NCBI GenBank assembly: GCA_037968875.1
Contig: JBBKWI010000108.1
Span: forward strand, 2,305 to 66,304
DNA: 64,000 bases
Direction of reading: 5' to 3'
DNA from: Candidatus Sericytochromatia bacterium
Lineage (GTDB): Bacteria > Cyanobacteriota > Sericytochromatia > UBA7694
Positions 45,637-55,138 of the stretch are shown here, in pieces. The notes beneath the pieces were generated by a model, which saw only the letters and a program-made list of their open reading frames with translations, ran no database searches and was not told the DNA's origin. The first letter of the stretch is position 1. Each line of letters begins with the position of its first letter. The translations under genes and the position numbers were made by a program.

Positions 45637-47568
45637 TCAATGCTGCAAACTGACCAGGGGAATTAAGACACGAAAGCAGGTACCTTGCCCCAGTTCGCTT
45701 TCGAGTTCTATCTGATAACCGAGTAAATGCGCCAGAGAAGCACAAATCGAGAGTCCCAATCCCACACCGGCATAAGCGCCTTGATGTACCTGGACAAAAT
45801 CTTCAAAAACCTTCTTTTGATCGGCTTTACTAATGCCAATACCGGTATCTTTGACTTCCAAAATCACAGGGAATGCCGTCGATGAGCCCTTGCGATAATA
45901 CAGCATGACAGAACCTTTCTCTGTAAATTTGAGAGCGTTATTGACAAGATTGCTAATGATTTGACGTAAACGATCTGAATCAATGACCAGGCTGCGAGGG
46001 GCCTCTGGATCGATCTCCAGTTTGAGTTGGATTTGCTTTGTCAAAGCGGTCATTCTCAGGGGCTCTAACAGATTTTTAAGAAAACTGTCGATCTCCACCG
46101 ATTCAAATTTAAGGTCCAGGGTGCCTGATTCAATTTTGGAAATATCGAGCACATCATTAATCAGAGCCAATAAATTCAAACCATTGTCTTTGACCCGTTG
46201 TAAAAAATGCGTTTGCTTGGGGTTGATTTCTCCGGTGCTGCCATTGAGGATTAGATTTGTAAAGCCCAGTATGGCGCTTAACGGTGTGCGCAGTTCGTGG
46301 CTAATACTGCCCAGAAACCGGCTCTTGATCTGAGACAATTCGGCGGCATGGTGCTCAGCATGAATGCGTTCATTGATTTCTTGTTGAAGCGAACTGAAGT
46401 GCTCCTGATAATCGTTTTGAAGCATATACAAACTTTCGTAGACTTCCTGAAACGGGCTATCGAGTTCACTATCAGGTACCTGGTGAACGTCATCTAAGTG
46501 TTTATGCAGCAGAATATCTCCAATTAAGTGATCCGTTTCCTGAAAGAAACGCTCTCGCTCCTGTTTCAATTTTTCAATTTCGGCTGCTTGTACTGCAATG
46601 ATTTTTTTAGACTGAAGCCAGCGCAGCGGCAATATCCAGAAGGGTTCTTTCTTTTCTTTCGGTGTCAAGAGCGCTTGGGGGCTGATTCTAACACAGTCCA
46701 GGGCATTTTCTAAGCTACCTACAATGCTTAATCTGAAGCTGAGATTGGGCAGTAAAGCCAAAACGAGTTTGCCGACGGCTTTATTCCAGCGAGGGGTAAT
46801 GATCACCAGGTGATCGTCAGTTTGCATTGTCGCTTCTCCCAGATCACTTCGTAAGATGCGATATGCTTCAAGGGTGCAATGGCGACCTTTGCGGGAGTCT
46901 ATGATTAGCATCCCTTGGCCAAAATCTCGGCGTTGGATTGAGAGGTAGCGTAGATTAACCTCGATCATATGCTGCATCATTTCAGCGTTGGTGACCCCGT
47001 TGTTTTCACAACACAAGACCTGAGGGCTGGACTGAAAATAACGCAGAGAACCCTGTTCTGTTGTGATCGATTCGTGTTTTAGCTCTGTGCCTCGGGGGTC
47101 TTGTGATTCTACTTGCAAGCCCATCTCTAGCTGGAACAGAGCTTCTGTCTGGTTCGCATGAAAAAATAATATGTCGCGTAGGCGAGGGTTGAAACGCCGC
47201 AAAAAACGGATAAATCGCCGATAGAGTGGCTGGTTGATCACGCAGTGTATTTCGATCAGCCCTACCGGCAGTTCGTTGCGGGCAGTTCGTAAAAAAACAG
47301 CCCGCTGTGCTTTGAGCGTGATACCTTCCAGTTGAAGGGTGTCAAAAAGTAGGTATGCTTTCTGGTCATGCTCACTGAGCTGAAGCATGACCTTATCGAT
47401 TAGGGCCAGAAAAGGATGAATCAATTGAATATCAAGCAGGCCTGAGAAAGTAAAAGAAATGACGCCCGTTTGAATATGTTCGACTTGACAAAAGCCAGCA
47501 TTTCCTGAGATCGTCTGAGGTGTAATTTGATCTATCCAATTTGAGTGGGCCATTTGTAAATCATGCAT
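45637..47568 (-). CDS. Cytoplasmic histidine kinase with two N-terminal STAS/SEC14-like domains
   Basis: ISHELRTPL, NLVNNALKFT, DTGIGIS and GVGLGL motifs; two alpha/beta sensor repeats; no receiver domain. Confidence 0.88.
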   Translation of the reverse strand: MHDLQMAHSNWIDQITPQTISGNAGFCQVEHIQTGVISFTFSGLLDIQLIHPFLALIDKVMLQLSEHDQKAYLLFDTLQLEGITLKAQRAVFLRTARNELPVGLIEIHCVINQPLYRRFIRFLRRFNPRLRDILFFHANQTEALFQLEMGLQVESQDPRGTELKHESITTEQGSLRYFQSSPQVLCCENNGVTNAEMMQHMIEVNLRYLSIQRRDFGQGMLIIDSRKGRHCTLEAYRILRSDLGEATMQTDDHLVIITPRWNKAVGKLVLALLPNLSFRLSIVGSLENALDCVRISPQALLTPKEKKEPFWILPLRWLQSKKIIAVQAAEIEKLKQERERFFQETDHLIGDILLHKHLDDVHQVPDSELDSPFQEVYESLYMLQNDYQEHFSSLQQEINERIHAEHHAAELSQIKSRFLGSISHELRTPLSAILGFTNLILNGSTGEINPKQTHFLQRVKDNGLNLLALINDVLDISKIESGTLDLKFESVEIDSFLKNLLEPLRMTALTKQIQLKLEIDPEAPRSLVIDSDRLRQIISNLVNNALKFTEKGSVMLYYRKGSSTAFPVILEVKDTGIGISKADQKKVFEDFVQVHQGAYAGVGLGLSICASLAHLLGYQIELESELGQGTCFRVLIPLVSLQH

Positions 47569-47818
47569 AAAAATTCACCGTGTCATTATTCTAACAAGGA
47601 TTACGGTTTTGTGTCTGTTGATTAACATAAATAAAGAGTCCTGGACCGGGGGCACGCAGCTCAACGGGATAAAATAGGCACCAGGCCAGCTGCGAATTTA
47701 AAAAACACCCAGCCGGAGAAAGCGACTGGCTGACTTTCAAAAACTTGCGAAAAGGGTACACTATCGAAAGCTCTTGTCTCACAAGTGAAGCCACTCCAAA
47801 TAAAGGACTAAAAACGCC

Positions 47819-49894
47819 ATGCTTTTACTGGTCGGAATTTTATTTTTAATTCTGGAATTTTTACACGGCGTTTTTTCCAGTGGCTTTATGCCGATCTTGC
47901 ATACCACCTTGCAGTCCCAGGGCACCCTGGCGATGGCCATTTATTATCTGGGCCTGGCTGTCGGACAATTGGCGATCTACAGATTTGCCCCTTTTAGCCG
48001 CAGCAAATATAATTATCCGGTCTTCGAAATGGCTTTTGGGGGCAGCTTGATTCTGATGGCCCTTTTTCCGACGCCTACGGGTCTGATTCTGGGGCGCCTC
48101 CTAGAAGGTATTGCCCTGGGACTGACGATACCGCTGATCTTTGCCAGCTTACTCAAAATTGATGCGCTGGGATCCATCCCGCGTCGGGTCGCGATGTTTA
48201 ATTCCAGTCTGGCGCTGGGGTACGTGATGGGGCCGCTGCTGGTGGCTTACCCGATGCAGTGGTGGTCTACCAGCTATTTACTGGGTGTTGCGGGTCTGTT
48301 TTTCATGGCGATGCCGATCTTGCTGTTTTTCCTACCGGTTCCTTCTCCTCACAGCGAGCTTACAGAGCAGCAACTCAAGCTGAAAGTGCTTTTTGGACAA
48401 GACTGGTTTCAGACCTTTTATCCACTTTTTTTATTCAAATTGTTGATGGGATTTGTGATGTCATTTGCCACGGGCTATATCACTCACTATATTACAGCGA
48501 TTCCCCTGACACAGATTTTGTTTGCTTTTTCGGTCATTTTTATTCTTGGGCAAATCTCAGGAGAACTGATTTTAAGGCGGCTTCCGATCGCTCATTTAGA
48601 AACCTATCTCCCGTTGCTGCTGGTCAGTTGCCTGATTTTGTTTTTTGTGAGCAGTCATCCTGTTTGGCTGGCCTTGCTCACTTTTGGCTTATCTATGATG
48701 GCATTGGTCGGTTATGTACGTTTCGGTTTTAAAGCCACCTCAGCCCGTGAGTTTGCTTTGTTCAATAGTTTATCTGACCCTGCCATGGCTCTGGGAGCTG
48801 CTCTGGCGATCTTTGGCATCAAAGGCGCCTGGGGGCTGATCCCTTTGTATTTTGTACCTTTCATTCAGGCCTGTAGACGTTCCCCTTCAGCAACACGCTC
48901 AGAGTTCTACTTCCCCTTTGTCGGCCCGTTACTGATGCGCAAAACCTACCAAAAGCATAAGAATCCTGTCCTGCACCCATTGGCTGACAGCCATCTGCAG
49001 GGCCTGACTTATGCCTATCAATCTGATCCTGGTCAGACTTCAGGGCTTTCACTCATTTTCACGGGCGATCTCTCGCCAACAGACAAGCCCTTAAAGATCT
49101 CGGACACCCTTGCAGCGAAACTAAAACAAGCTGATTTACGTTTTATTAATCTCGAAGGACCTTTCGCTGATAACGGCTCTCAGGGCTTTCGTTTTGGCAT
49201 GCAACCTGAGCCCACCGCTGCACTGCTGCAATCTGGTTTTAATGTGGTAAATCTGGTCAATAATCATATCTTAGATCAGGGGGCCCAGGCTATTGCCTAC
49301 ACCCAACAATCCCTGGCAGATTTGGGCTGTGAAAGTATCAGCTCTGACTTGAATAAGATCAAATGTCAGGGGCTTACCATTGGGGTTTTTGGCCTTACTT
49401 TTGGTAGCAATTTAGTCTGGAATCATGATCCCTGTATTGTGGGACTGAAACCCGAGCGGCTCATGGCTGACACGAAGTTACAAGCTCTGTGGCAAGAAAA
49501 AATTCAGCAATATAAGTCTGAAGTCGATTTGTTAATTCTGTCTTATCACTGGGGCTATGAAGCCGAAGCTTTTCCGCATACGCTTCAAAAAGAGTGTTTT
49601 GATTTTCTAAGTAGTGCCGGTATCGATATCCTCTATGGACACCATGCCCATATTGTTCAGCCTTTTGAAGTCAAAGATAATACTCTGGTGATGTATTCTT
49701 GTGGAAATTTCAGTTCAAAAATGCCACTGCCGATCTATCAGCAAGGGGTCTTTTTTGAAGTCACTTATAATTCAGAGTTGGAATTAGTCGCTGTCTCGAG
49801 CCACTTTATTGAGCAGACTGAAACGGGCATCGAGTCCCAGAATAAAAAAGATTCATTGGCTTATCAATACTGGCATGCGCTGTCTCGTGCTTAG
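47819..49894 (+). CDS. MFS transporter fused to a CapA/PGA_cap metallophosphoesterase domain
   Basis: Twelve hydrophobic segments with GRLLEG and G...GP MFS motifs, then TGD, NLEG, NNHILD, HWGYE, GHHAH and YSCGNF. Confidence 0.85.
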   Translation: MLLLVGILFLILEFLHGVFSSGFMPILHTTLQSQGTLAMAIYYLGLAVGQLAIYRFAPFSRSKYNYPVFEMAFGGSLILMALFPTPTGLILGRLLEGIALGLTIPLIFASLLKIDALGSIPRRVAMFNSSLALGYVMGPLLVAYPMQWWSTSYLLGVAGLFFMAMPILLFFLPVPSPHSELTEQQLKLKVLFGQDWFQTFYPLFLFKLLMGFVMSFATGYITHYITAIPLTQILFAFSVIFILGQISGELILRRLPIAHLETYLPLLLVSCLILFFVSSHPVWLALLTFGLSMMALVGYVRFGFKATSAREFALFNSLSDPAMALGAALAIFGIKGAWGLIPLYFVPFIQACRRSPSATRSEFYFPFVGPLLMRKTYQKHKNPVLHPLADSHLQGLTYAYQSDPGQTSGLSLIFTGDLSPTDKPLKISDTLAAKLKQADLRFINLEGPFADNGSQGFRFGMQPEPTAALLQSGFNVVNLVNNHILDQGAQAIAYTQQSLADLGCESISSDLNKIKCQGLTIGVFGLTFGSNLVWNHDPCIVGLKPERLMADTKLQALWQEKIQQYKSEVDLLILSYHWGYEAEAFPHTLQKECFDFLSSAGIDILYGHHAHIVQPFEVKDNTLVMYSCGNFSSKMPLPIYQQGVFFEVTYNSELELVAVSSHFIEQTETGIESQNKKDSLAYQYWHALSRA

Positions 49895-50204
49895 GGCTAT
49901 GCGGGAAGGCATCGGAGCCAAATCATAGTCTGGATAGGGTATTCGTATAACTAGACAACTGGACTCACTTTTTCTTGAGACAAACTGGCTTCAAAAAGCT
50001 TTAGAATATCTCTCCAACTCAAAATCCCGACGGGCGATCCCATTTTATATTCATTAAGTTGAGGCCTGGCATGAGCACAGGATCATATCGTTGATTCTGT
50101 ATAATGCCTTAAGTATTTTTCGTCGGGCAGTATTTGATTGCTTTTAGCAAGTGTGGAAATCTGTTCAGATCCAATAAGATAAAGCCCGCAGCAGGAGCGC
50201 TTCA

Positions 50205-50843
50205 ATGAAAATCATTGATAAAAAGACTTGGAAAAGAAGAGAACATTTCGAATTTTTTTCTCAGATGGCCAGCCCCTATTTTGGCATTGTGACTGAAGTC
50301 GATTGCACCGAAACCTATCTCAAGGCAAAGCAGGCTGGATACTCATTTTTTGCTGCTTATTTGCACCAATCGATGATCGCCGTCAACAGAACTCCGGAAT
50401 TATGCCTGCGTCTTTTAGGCGAAGATATTATTGAATACAGTCCAGTTCACGCAGGTACAACCATTGGCAGAGATGATGGTACGTTTGGTTTTTCCTATGT
50501 GCACTTTTCAGAAGACTTTAACACCTTTAATGCCGAGTTGCAACAAGAAATCAAGGCGGTTAAAAACAGCACGGGGCTGAGATTAAACAATGAAACACTC
50601 AAATTAGACCTCATTCGTCACTCCAGCTTGCCCTGGGTGACTTTCAGCGGTTTATTACACCCAAGTGCATTGGACCCTCAGGAATCAGTCCCTAAGATCA
50701 CCTTTGGCAAAGCTTTTGTACGCAATAACAGACGCTTCTTGCCCGTGTCTATAGAAGCACATCACGGCCTGGCTGATGGATTACATTTGGCTAATTATTT
50801 GAATGAATTTCAAACGCTCTTAAACTCAGAACAAAAGGACTAG
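50205..50843 (+). CDS. Type A chloramphenicol acetyltransferase-like protein
   Basis: WKRREHFEFF, SSLPW..F, PKITFGK and HHGLADGLH (catalytic His/Asp); AGGAG SD. Confidence 0.88.
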   Translation: MKIIDKKTWKRREHFEFFSQMASPYFGIVTEVDCTETYLKAKQAGYSFFAAYLHQSMIAVNRTPELCLRLLGEDIIEYSPVHAGTTIGRDDGTFGFSYVHFSEDFNTFNAELQQEIKAVKNSTGLRLNNETLKLDLIRHSSLPWVTFSGLLHPSALDPQESVPKITFGKAFVRNNRRFLPVSIEAHHGLADGLHLANYLNEFQTLLNSEQKD

Positions 50844-50850
50844 TTAGAGT

Positions 50851-52164
50851 TTGTACCTGAAGACACTCCCTAAACAGTTAGGCTGGCTCTATGATCTAGT
50901 CGGTGTGCTAGGCCTTCTGCAAATCGTTCCTGAGCAAAGAACAGGGCAGGTTGCTGAAATCATCGTGATCTTAGCCGGTCAACCGGAGCAGATCGTTTCT
51001 GGCAGCAGTTGGCAAGAAAACACCCGGCCGCTTGCTCTGCGGAATCTTCTGCAGAGCAATCCATTAGACTGCGCCGTTCGCGTCACGGGTCAAGCTGGAG
51101 TCGAGTACTGGCTTTGCTCAATTAATTGGGCCAGCGCCGATCCCATCGCTAGCGAGACCTTTGCCGCACTGCAAAACGGCTATCAGATCCTGGCTGACCC
51201 TGAGGGGTATTTATCGGCTCTTGTGTATCAATTTGGCAAGCAAGCTGGCACACTTTTAAAACCCCGTATCGAGATCTCGACTAAGCTGGCACAGGGACTG
51301 ATCTCAGCTCAGTTTCCAGCATGGAAAGATCTGCCTTTGCAAGCAGTGGACCTGGCGGGTTGGTGCAATGGTGCCTTTCGCCTGGGCAGCGATTTACTCG
51401 TTAAAATACCCAGAGCCCAGCGCTATGAACGCAGCCACCTGATCGAAAACCAGTGGCTCGGCAAACTGAACTCACAATTGAGCTATCAAGTTCCCGAGCC
51501 GGTAGCGCTGGGGGAGCCTGATGCAAGTTACCCCTGGCACTGGACTGTCTACAAGTGGATCCCAGGAGAGACAAGACTTGATTTATCCTTGCCAGATAAA
51601 CGCCGCTTTGCACAGGACTTGGGGCTATTTTTGAAATGCCTCTGGTCATTGCCTGCTCAGGATGGGCCTGCTTTTTTTGAACAGACTTTTTTCAGAGGGG
51701 CTCCCCTGCGTGTTTACGATCGGGAGACGCGTGAAGCCCTGAGCCAGCTCACTGATTTGATCGATACCCAGGCTGCTCAGGAGGTCTGGAACCAGGCCCT
51801 GGGCTCTCGTTGGAGTCGCTCAGCTGTCTGGGTACATGGTGATTTGTTTCCAGGCAATATTTTGATCCAAGACAATCAACTCGCAGCTGTGATTGACTTT
51901 GGCAGTATGTGTGTTGGCGATCCGGCCTGTGATCTAGCGATGGCCTGGACCTTTTTTGAAGCAGAGAGTCGCGCAGTCTTCAAAGCAAGCCTTGCGCTGG
52001 ATGCTTTGACCTGGCAAAGGGCCAGGGGCTGGGTCCTTTGGAAAGCCCTGATTACACTGACTGGTCTGGAAACGCACGATTCCGAAACTGCTCTCAAAAA
52101 TAGACGCTTGATTGAAGTTTTAATCCACGAAGATCAAGACGATCACGCGCTTCTTTTCGATTAA
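50851..52164 (+). CDS. Aminoglycoside phosphotransferase-family kinase with an N-terminal degenerate ANT(6)-like domain
   Basis: HGDLFPGNILI, IDFG, GDPACDLA and RARGW motifs; ~140-aa N-terminal extension. Confidence 0.82.
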   Translation: MYLKTLPKQLGWLYDLVGVLGLLQIVPEQRTGQVAEIIVILAGQPEQIVSGSSWQENTRPLALRNLLQSNPLDCAVRVTGQAGVEYWLCSINWASADPIASETFAALQNGYQILADPEGYLSALVYQFGKQAGTLLKPRIEISTKLAQGLISAQFPAWKDLPLQAVDLAGWCNGAFRLGSDLLVKIPRAQRYERSHLIENQWLGKLNSQLSYQVPEPVALGEPDASYPWHWTVYKWIPGETRLDLSLPDKRRFAQDLGLFLKCLWSLPAQDGPAFFEQTFFRGAPLRVYDRETREALSQLTDLIDTQAAQEVWNQALGSRWSRSAVWVHGDLFPGNILIQDNQLAAVIDFGSMCVGDPACDLAMAWTFFEAESRAVFKASLALDALTWQRARGWVLWKALITLTGLETHDSETALKNRRLIEVLIHEDQDDHALLFD

Positions 52165-52268
52165 GATAAGGCAATCCAGGGACGTGCATCCCTACTAAAA
52201 AGGTGGGCAGGATATACTGGCTTTAGAAGTTTGATCTATTGAATATCACCACAGTTCGGAAACACCTT

Positions 52269-53540
52269 ATGTCATTAATGCCATTGTCTGACGTCATCGC
52301 CAAGATTCCACCCCAGAGCACCGTCTTTATTCAGGGAGCTGCAGCCACCCCCAATGCCCTGATTGCTGAATTGGTTAGGCAAAAAGAGCGCCTGGAACAT
52401 ACCGAAATTGTGCACCTGCATACGGATGGCAATGCGCCTTATGTCCAGCCACCGCATCAGAATTATTTTCATGTTAATACCCTCTTCACAGCAGCCAATC
52501 TCCGAGAGGCTGTCGCCGAAGGCTTTGCCGACTATATCCCGGTTTTTTTATCCGAAGTTCCTTTGCTCTTTCGGCGCAAAATCATCCCTTTAGATGTTGC
52601 CTTGATCCATGTTTCGCCACCGGACATTCACGGTTTTTGCTCGCTGGGCACTTCAGTGGATGTGGTGCTGGCGGCCTTAGATAGCGCCCGGATTGTGCTG
52701 GCCCAAATTAATCCCCAAATGCCCCGCACCCACGGTGATGGATTTATTCATCTAACACAAATCACGGCCTGGACAGAAGTCGACGAGGCCTTGCCAGAGC
52801 ATCCGATTGCGACACTTAGTCTGGCGCAACAACAGATTGGTAACCATTGCGCCGGCCTGATTGAAAATGGCTCTACTTTGCAAATGGGAATCGGGGGTAT
52901 TCCCGATGGTGTGCTGGCAGCCCTGGGCAACCATCAAGATCTCGGTATTCATACAGAAATGTTTTCAGATGGCATCATAGATTTGGTCCAAAAAGGCGTC
53001 ATCAATGGCAGCCAGAAGAAAATTCATCCCCATAAGATTGTGGCTGGTTTTGCGATGGGCACGCGCCGTCTCTACGACTTTATCCACGATAATCCGCTGA
53101 TCGCTATGCTAGATATCGCCTATGTCAATCGCACGGACGTGATTTGTCGCAACCCCAAAGTGGTGGCGATCAATAGTGCGCTGGAAGTCGATTTGATGGG
53201 GCAGGTCTGTGCTGACAGCATTGGTACCTATCAATTTTCGGGCGTGGGAGGGCAGATGGATTTTATTCGCGGGGCCAGTTTGTCTGAAGGCGGGCGTCCG
53301 ATTATTGCACTGCCATCAACAACGCGCAAAGGAGAAAGCCGGATCGCCGCCCAATTGAAGCCCGGTGCTGATGTTGTCACGACCCGTGCCCATGTGCATT
53401 ATATTGTGACAGAATATGGCGTGGCCCAGTTATACGGCAAAAATTTGCGTCAGCGTGCCAAAGCCCTGATCGCGATTGCCCACCCCGATCACCAGGCCGA
53501 CTTAGAAGCCCAGGCTTACGCCCGCTATAAAGTCCTATAG
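52269..53540 (+). CDS. Acetyl-CoA hydrolase/4-hydroxybutyrate CoA-transferase family protein
   Basis: TLQMGIGGIP, LGIHTEMFSDG and GVGGQMDFIRGA motifs (ORF track starts at TTG 52239). Confidence 0.94.
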   Translation: MSLMPLSDVIAKIPPQSTVFIQGAAATPNALIAELVRQKERLEHTEIVHLHTDGNAPYVQPPHQNYFHVNTLFTAANLREAVAEGFADYIPVFLSEVPLLFRRKIIPLDVALIHVSPPDIHGFCSLGTSVDVVLAALDSARIVLAQINPQMPRTHGDGFIHLTQITAWTEVDEALPEHPIATLSLAQQQIGNHCAGLIENGSTLQMGIGGIPDGVLAALGNHQDLGIHTEMFSDGIIDLVQKGVINGSQKKIHPHKIVAGFAMGTRRLYDFIHDNPLIAMLDIAYVNRTDVICRNPKVVAINSALEVDLMGQVCADSIGTYQFSGVGGQMDFIRGASLSEGGRPIIALPSTTRKGESRIAAQLKPGADVVTTRAHVHYIVTEYGVAQLYGKNLRQRAKALIAIAHPDHQADLEAQAYARYKVL

Positions 53541-53597
53541 ACTAGAATCAAAGGGAAATCGGCAGCTTAAAAGCGATTTTGCTAAAAGGAGTATTGA

Positions 53598-54092
53598 ATG
53601 GAAATTCGTTTGGCCTGCCTGGCCGATCTGAGCGAGATGACCGAGATCTACAACCAGGCGATTCGGGCTGGCGGGCAAACGGCTGAAACCACAGAAGTCA
53701 GCCTGTCGGAGCGTCAGTTGTGGCTGGAGAAACACCCCCCAGACAGGCGACCGGTGTTTGTGGCTTTGCTTCAGGATCAAGTGGCCGGCTATCTGACTCT
53801 GAGCGACTATCGCCCCGGACGGCAAGCGGTGGCTCAGACTGCTGAGATCTCCTATTATGTGCACCCGAACTTTTTTCGGCAAGGGGTGGCCTCGGCCTTG
53901 CTAGCCCATACTCTGAAACAAGCGCCTGGTCTGGGCCTACAAACGCTCTTTGGGATTGTGATCGCCAGCAATCAAGCCAGTATAGCCCTGTTACAAAAAC
54001 AGGGCTTTGCAATCTGGGGGCGTTTGCCCCGTGTGGTGCATGTGCAAGGGCAACGACTGGATCATCTTTATCTGGGGCGTGAATTGGAATGA
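53598..54092 (+). CDS. GNAT acetyltransferase (phosphinothricin/YncA-like)
   Basis: IYNQAI, SYYVHP...QGVAS.LL and N.ASI.L..K.GF..WG motifs; AAGGAG SD. Confidence 0.9.
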   Translation: MEIRLACLADLSEMTEIYNQAIRAGGQTAETTEVSLSERQLWLEKHPPDRRPVFVALLQDQVAGYLTLSDYRPGRQAVAQTAEISYYVHPNFFRQGVASALLAHTLKQAPGLGLQTLFGIVIASNQASIALLQKQGFAIWGRLPRVVHVQGQRLDHLYLGRELE

Positions 54093-54176
54093 ACTTGTAG
54101 CAATGTTAAACTTAACGCAGCTGATGACTTGTCAGTTGTTTTTTGTCTGAAATCACCTTGGAAGGCCCGACGCTCT

Positions 54177-54893
54177 ATGTCAGATCAGTTTCATATTTAT
54201 AAGTACCATGCAGACAAATACCACGCGCTGGTCAGCAGTGAAGATCGAGAACATAATTTAAATGCGCTTTTGCTCAAACATATTGATTTTACGAATAAAA
54301 ATGTGATTGAAGCAGGCCTGGGAACGGGACGTCTAACCGAGATGTACCTTCACTCTGCAGCAAAAATATGGGGTTTTGATCAGTCACAGCATATGCTCGA
54401 TTTTGCGTCTCAATTCCTGGGTTCTCCTTCCCATTTAGAATTAAGTCAAGAACCTCATGAAGCGATTCTCGATTTACCCATACAAGCAGATATTTTTATT
54501 GAAGGCTGGGCTTTTGGACATTGGTTTTTGTCTTTGTACCCTGATTATGAAGGGGTCTTAAATGATTATTTTAATCGACTTTACTCTTTTTTGAATCCCA
54601 CGGCAACAATCATCTTGATCGAGACCCTGGGCACCTTTCGTGAACAGGCCTTCCAAAATACAGATCTAAATATCTTTTATGATTTTTTAGAAAAGCAACA
54701 TCAGTTTCAGCGTTTTGAAATCAGAACAGATTACCAGTTTGAATCACTTGAAAAAGCGACCGATATTATGACCTTCTTCTTTGGTGAATCATTGGGCCAA
54801 CAGGTTAAATCTGAAGGGAGCACACGGATTCCCGAAGTGACCGGTGTTTGGATTAAACGAACGGGGACATCAGCGAAAACCCTGGAAGAATGA
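54177..54893 (+). CDS. Class I SAM-dependent methyltransferase
   Basis: VIEAGLGTGRL, GFDQS..ML and IILIETLG motifs; Met at 54177 preferred. Confidence 0.85.
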   Translation: MSDQFHIYKYHADKYHALVSSEDREHNLNALLLKHIDFTNKNVIEAGLGTGRLTEMYLHSAAKIWGFDQSQHMLDFASQFLGSPSHLELSQEPHEAILDLPIQADIFIEGWAFGHWFLSLYPDYEGVLNDYFNRLYSFLNPTATIILIETLGTFREQAFQNTDLNIFYDFLEKQHQFQRFEIRTDYQFESLEKATDIMTFFFGESLGQQVKSEGSTRIPEVTGVWIKRTGTSAKTLEE

Positions 54894-55138
54894 ATTTAAC
54901 ATAGTGTGGAAAAGAAAGGTCGGAACCGTGAAAACCCTACCCCCTGGCTTGGAAGTATACAAACGCATTCCTGAATTTAACATTTTCTGAGACGGTTGAT
55001 TGCAGGGGGCAAACGATCCTTGATTTTGGCTGTGGTACGGGTCACTATATTAGAATAACTCGAAGCTTTGAGATGCGTTGGTCATCGGCATCCGTTGATC
55101 CCTGGGGGTCATGATCTATTTTTGAAAGGTTAATTATT

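Noticed and set aside
54894-55138. Riboswitch or ncRNA upstream of the carotenoid oxygenase (CCCCCTG...CAGGGGG, GGCAAAC)
   Set aside because: Only a short long-range complement is present; the c-di-GMP-I GNRA/receptor and other known consensus features are missing.
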